Shown in pieces: positions 59,901 to 64,000 of a stretch of DNA of 64,000 nt. The position numbers and the translations under genes were made by a program. Source of the DNA: Heterodontus francisci (taxonomy: Eukaryota); assembly GCF_036365525.1 (NCBI RefSeq), contig NC_090376.1, positions 19,834,311-19,898,310 on the forward strand, read 5' to 3'. Each line of letters starts with the position of its first letter. The stretch's first letter is position 1. Under the pieces are notes generated by a model. That model saw nothing but the letters and a program-made list of their open reading frames with translations, made no database searches and was not told where the DNA came from.

Positions 59901-62243
59901 GATTGGTTTCTCCTCTTTTAATAATAAGGAATGCTAACTCAGCAGGCTCTTCATTTGCCCTTGAGCATCTTCTAACAGGCTGTAATGTGTGCTGTATAGT
60001 TGCTCTGACCACCTCCAGGCGCGTATCCATTGTCTCTCGAGATAAGGAGGCCCAAAAGAAAAGAAAAAGAAAGAATAGTTGCTCTGTACCTTGAGATTAT
60101 ATTCACCTGGTGTCTCAATTCTTTCCTTCCTTTCTTCACAAGGTGAACTTCAGATGGCTGAAGCAGTTGCTCTAGTGAACACCCTGCCCAACTGGCATGT
60201 TGTTGATAAGATTATTCTTTCTACGAAAAGTCCAGACAACAAATTCATTTTTGGCAAGGGCAATTTTGAGACCCTTACAGGTAACTCAACTGACTTTTTA
60301 ATGACAAAATGTTGAAGCAGAATCTAGAGGACACTAAATTATATATCTTAAAAGGTATAATTTAAAATGGTGATCTGCAAGTATTTGTACCTTAATGTGA
60401 TATTTTCCAGTAGTGAAGAATTTTTTCTTTAAATGTCTTATCTCACCATATTAGAGTGCATTCAAAGAAAAATCAGGAAAAATCTATTTTTATGACGTCA
60501 CTGTAGTTTCATCACACAGAACTTACAAAGATATATTGGAACACTGTGGGCTGTTGGTACAGTTAAGCCTATTTAGAAAATTATGTCCTGTTAGTGATCA
60601 AGTTATTTTGGCAATGCTTTGTTAGAGTAAAAAAAAGTAATACCTTTCACAACCTCACTATGTCCCAAAGTACGTTACAGAAAATTAAGTGTTTTTGAAG
60701 TATAGTCATTGTTGTAATTTAAATATTACTGTTTTGCAGACAAATTAAAAGGGCTGCCACGGGTTACTGCAGTATTTATGAATGTTGAGCGACTGTCTGC
60801 ATTATCAGAGGTAAAGAAGTTTCACCCGAGCAAAGTATATGATGTGAAGTAATAATTAATCACAGTGTACTGTATAATACATAATAATTGATAGCAAGGA
60901 GTGGGGCAATATTTTCATCAGGTGATTAAATTGCAAACTAGAGGAGTGAAGCTCGTATAGTTCATACAGTGTCCTGGAATGGCAGAGATTAGAAAGCTGC
61001 TTTAAGCCACTATTTGGTGTCTGATAGTTTGTAATTTTCTGCACAGTTTTGGTAGTATTATTCTACCAGGAGGGGCTGTAAGAATAGATGTCAAGAGTTG
61101 ATGAGCTGCATGTTTCAGATGCATGGTGCTCATGCAAAAGTATTAATGCACATAATATTATTACTCAAGTCTATGAAAAAAAATTGTGATTAGTGGTGCA
61201 GTCTGGTATGATACTGAGTCATACAGATGAGATTGTCCTAAGTTTGACCTCAATTCTGTGCTAACATAGCTGATCACAGCCCTGGACATAATCGTGATGC
61301 CATAGCTGGACTTAAAGTTAGTGTTTCTGTGTCTGATCATTATCCAGCAGTCTCTGGTCAATGAAAAGTGCAGGTTTGTGGCCATCAGATGAGGACATGA
61401 TCAGGCTTAGTTGTGACGCCCCCAACCCCCCAAGCCCAAATAGCCTGACGTCAATCTGACTGGCTGGGCTTACACATTTGGGCAAGGTACTGAAGGTCAG
61501 CCGAAGGAACAATATACCAGAATTACTTGGTGCCTTTAGGAGAAAATTTGAGGAAAACAAAAAAAGGAAAATATGTTTATTTAAAGAAATAATGTAAAAC
61601 TGATTAAATTCTGAGCATAAATGCTACCATGCAGCATTCATTTCAATATTTTGGAGCAAGGCAGCAGTCTAATAAACTATAGAACTATGTATATTTTTAG
61701 AAACTTTGTGCTGCTGCAAGAATTTTTGGACATCCAGCAGCATTTAGATTAATTTGTACTGGCATTATTCTACTTATCTTTGTGCTGTGAGAAGCCATGG
61801 CTTAGATTTTATGAACACGGTGCAAATTAAAAATGGATTATAAAACCATTCAGGAGAAAAATAAAAATTGAAGTGTTAGATTTTTTTTTTCAAACTAGAG
61901 GTTTATGAGAAGTTTAGACTTTCTTCAAAGAGCTTTCATTTGCCAATATTCTTGGTTTCAAAAGTGTTCACACCATTCTTTGTCCCAGTGTTGGAGAATC
62001 ATACAGCACAGATAGAGCCATTTGGCCCATTGTGCCTGTTTAACATTTTATTGTGTTGACTATACTCTGTGTAAAAGGGAAAGAAGTAAAATATTTCCTT
62101 TGACCCTGTTAGAAAGAGTTGGAATCTGCCTGGGGAGTTAAAGTGTTGGACAGGTACTCAGTCGTCCTTCATATTTTCCGTTGCAATGCTCGGACTAAAG
62201 AGGCCAAACTGCAGATAGCACTCGCTGAGATCCCATACCTGAG
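56478..62243 (+). CDS. GTPBP6: GTP-binding protein 6 (mitochondrial HflX-family GTPase), first four coding exons; gene runs beyond the window
   Basis: join(56478-56931, 60143-60280, 60740-60810, 62113-62243), GT-AG introns, phases 1,1,0,2. Peptides VHPDVKWG, AEAVALVNTL, FIFGKGNFETLT and KELESAWGVKVLDRYSVVLHIFRCNARTKEAKLQIALAEIPYLR match the GTPBP6/HflX N-terminal domain as recalled. Confidence 0.93.
57796..58773 (+). mobile_element. Solo LTR (Gypsy/ERV-like) in GTPBP6 intron 1, inserted in an old CR1 remnant
   Basis: TGTTA...TAACA termini; 4-bp TSD cacc (57792-57795, 58774-58777); ATTAAA near 58662. Confidence 0.72.
59050..59445 (+). mobile_element. Old CR1 3' fragment
   Basis: Degenerate similarity to 21530-21930. 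Confidence 0.6.
59690..59890. mobile_element. Head-to-head inverted pair of Penelope-derived short elements
   Basis: 59697-59789 (minus) abuts 59790-59888 (plus) of the same family, giving a long imperfect inverted repeat. Confidence 0.7.
60008..60074 (+). mobile_element. Ultra-short RTE 3'-end insertion
   Basis: accacctccaggcgcgtatccattgtctctcgagataaggaggcccaaaagaa matches the reverse complement of 49505-49557; 12-bp TSD atagttgctctg (59996-60007, 60075-60086). Confidence 0.9.
60143..60280 (+). CDS. GTPBP6: GTPBP6 coding exon 2
   Basis: Pyrimidine tract then AAG|; ELQMAEAVALVNTLPNWHVVDKIILSTKSPDNKFIFGKGNFETLT; donor G|GTAACT. Confidence 0.92.
60740..60810 (+). CDS. GTPBP6: GTPBP6 coding exon 3
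   Basis: ttttgcag| DKLKGLPRVTAVFMNVERLSALSE |GTAAAG. Confidence 0.9.
62113..62243 (+). CDS. GTPBP6: GTPBP6 coding exon 4
   Basis: cctgttag| KELESAWGVKVLDRYSVVLHIFRCNARTKEAKLQIALAEIPYLR |GTAAGG. Confidence 0.92.
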
Positions 62244-63113
62244 GTAAGGGTTTGATTTCCTACAACTCCCCTAAAAATTTAACAGTATCACATAGACTGA
62301 CCATATCATGGGAGGAATACTTAGTTAATTGAGACAAGTTATTCCTCCGAGCTTCAAGACATGAGCATGAATCCAAATTGAAAGGAAGTTTGTTGGCACG
62401 CTATTTCCCTTTTAAAAAATTAGAAGAAAATTGAATTTGGATTGCTTCAAATCCAGTTCCTGGTTTGCATACGAGTTCACAGCACAGTTTGTAAATAGGC
62501 ATTATTAATATGTGTGTTTCACTCTGATGTCGTAAGGCTGTGTTTCCAGTTTGCCAAATGGGAAAAGATTTGGGAGTTTGGGCATGTTGTCAATGACGTC
62601 AGGGAAGCTTTGCTTTGCACTAGATCTGAGACTACAGTTAGAAGTTGAAATGTCTTACTTTGCTGCAGCACAGTATTGCCTATAAATCTAGATAACAAAT
62701 GCATTCAACAAATAGTTCGACAATGTTTGTCCTTGCATAAAACTTCCAGCAATCACAAAAAGAACTGATGAATATGGGGGAGTTTCTTTTGCAATTGGAA
62801 GTCACAGAATCCTGGCAAGCCCAGTTCACTGCATAAGAATGCTTCATAACTGGTTGCTGTCTCTCTGCCCTGGCTCTGCTGCATTTGGGATGTCATCGCT
62901 GATAGCAAGTCCTAATTTCTTTAAACTTCTCAGTTGCCCGATTGTGCTTCGCTGAAGGAATCTCGTGTGAGAGATTTCACATTAAAGTACAGCAACAGTA
63001 AGTACATAGCATCCATATTTTTTTTTTTAAAGGAATACTCTGCTATATAATGTAACTGTGGGGGGTGGTGGAATTCACTGATTTTTTAAATTTAATTTAT
63101 CCTTTGAAAATAT

Positions 63114-63771
63114 GGACCAGGATTTTCCCTATGGGTTTCAGGACCCTGCCGTCAGGCTCAAATGGGGGTCAGAAGCCTACACGGTGTGGGGAACACTCAT
63201 CTGTGATTTTCCCCGAATTGGCCAGTTAAGGATGGCAGGCGGGCTCTCGAAGCTGGAGGGCCAGTAGGAGGTTCTCCCAAAAAAAAAAAAAGCTTAGAAG
63301 CAGCAGCAGGATGTCTTTCAAGGTAAGTGAAGGAGAGTGCGCCCTAAGATGGCGGTGTCATCTCTACAACTTTCTAAAATCTGAAACAAAAAAAGGCCTT
63401 AGCAGCTGGGCTACCACAGTGCAGCTGAAGCGAGACAGAGGGAGGGCCTGTAAGCCTGCCTGTAGCACTGGTACCCCCGCTGGGAGGCCACCGCCAGACA
63501 GCTACAACTGTTCACTGATGCCTGTGGGGACCTGGAGGATGACTGGAAAATTCCAGATGGGTTCCGACAATAGGCCTTAATAAGCCATTAATTACTTGAA
63601 TCGCTACCTGCCGCATGTGGGTGGTAGCCCTGCTACTTCCCTGTCCCGCCTCTGGGAAAATTGGCCCGGGGGCAGGATGGAACCAGGGAATCGGCACGCC
63701 AGCCAGCAACGCAAATTTTCATGCCCGCCTGCGTCTGTTGACCATCCCCACCGGGAGCTAAAAATCCTCCC
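63114..63771. mobile_element. GC-rich MITE with 3-bp TSD tat (PIF/Harbinger-like), related to 47277-47871 in opposite orientation
   Basis: tat|ggaccaggattttcc...aaaaatcctccc|tat; shared attaatg..aattaaggcc internal motif. Confidence 0.6.
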
Positions 63772-63846
63772 TATGTGTTTTCTATTTTTGCAAAATGGTC
63801 CTACTATGGGCGTACTTTGCAGCATTGTGATTCAAACAGGACTTGC

Positions 63847-63982
63847 AGTTCCGAAGAAGGGTCACTGACCCGAAACGTTAACTCTGCTTCTCTTTTCACA
63901 GATGCTGCCAGACCTGCTGAGTGGTTCCAGCATTTCTTGTTTTTATTTCAGATTTCCAGCATCCGCAGTATTTTGCTTTTAT
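63847..63982 (+). mobile_element. Short Penelope-derived element with minimal hammerhead-like motif (63847-63883), in GTPBP6 intron 4
   Basis: Near-identical to 45861-45992; 8-bp TSD cttgcagt (63842-63849, 63983-63990). Confidence 0.75.
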
Positions 63983-64000
63983 CTTGCAGTAATATAGCTG

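Overview
Eukaryotic, AT-rich, repeat-dense vertebrate DNA. The repeat complement (HE1-type tRNA SINEs sharing a 3' tail with CR1/HER1 LINEs, Deu/SacSINE-like SINEs, RTE, Tx1, Penelope-derived elements) points to a cartilaginous fish. Two spliced host genes sit head-to-head at about 55.8-56.5 kb. One is a complete 8-exon, 261-aa uncharacterised gene on the minus strand (40467-55824), resembling from memory the zebrafish si:ch211-218d20.15 family. The other is the first four coding exons of GTPBP6 on the plus strand (56478-62243, continuing past the window). The first 35 kb is mostly nested transposable elements. Most notable observations: (1) two families of minimal hammerhead-ribozyme motifs in short Penelope-derived elements, some sense-oriented in introns; (2) a near-full-length RTE LINE whose 19-bp TSD also encloses about 870 bp of foreign GC-rich sequence encoding an AKAP13/ARHGEF-like peptide (apparent 5' transduction); (3) a hAT-type MITE family with 8-bp TSDs; (4) tandem micro-exon-like units in a CR1 5'UTR; (5) RFX X-boxes at the start of the uncharacterised gene. 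All family assignments come from sequence reading and recall, not database searches. No prokaryotic features or CRISPR arrays were seen.
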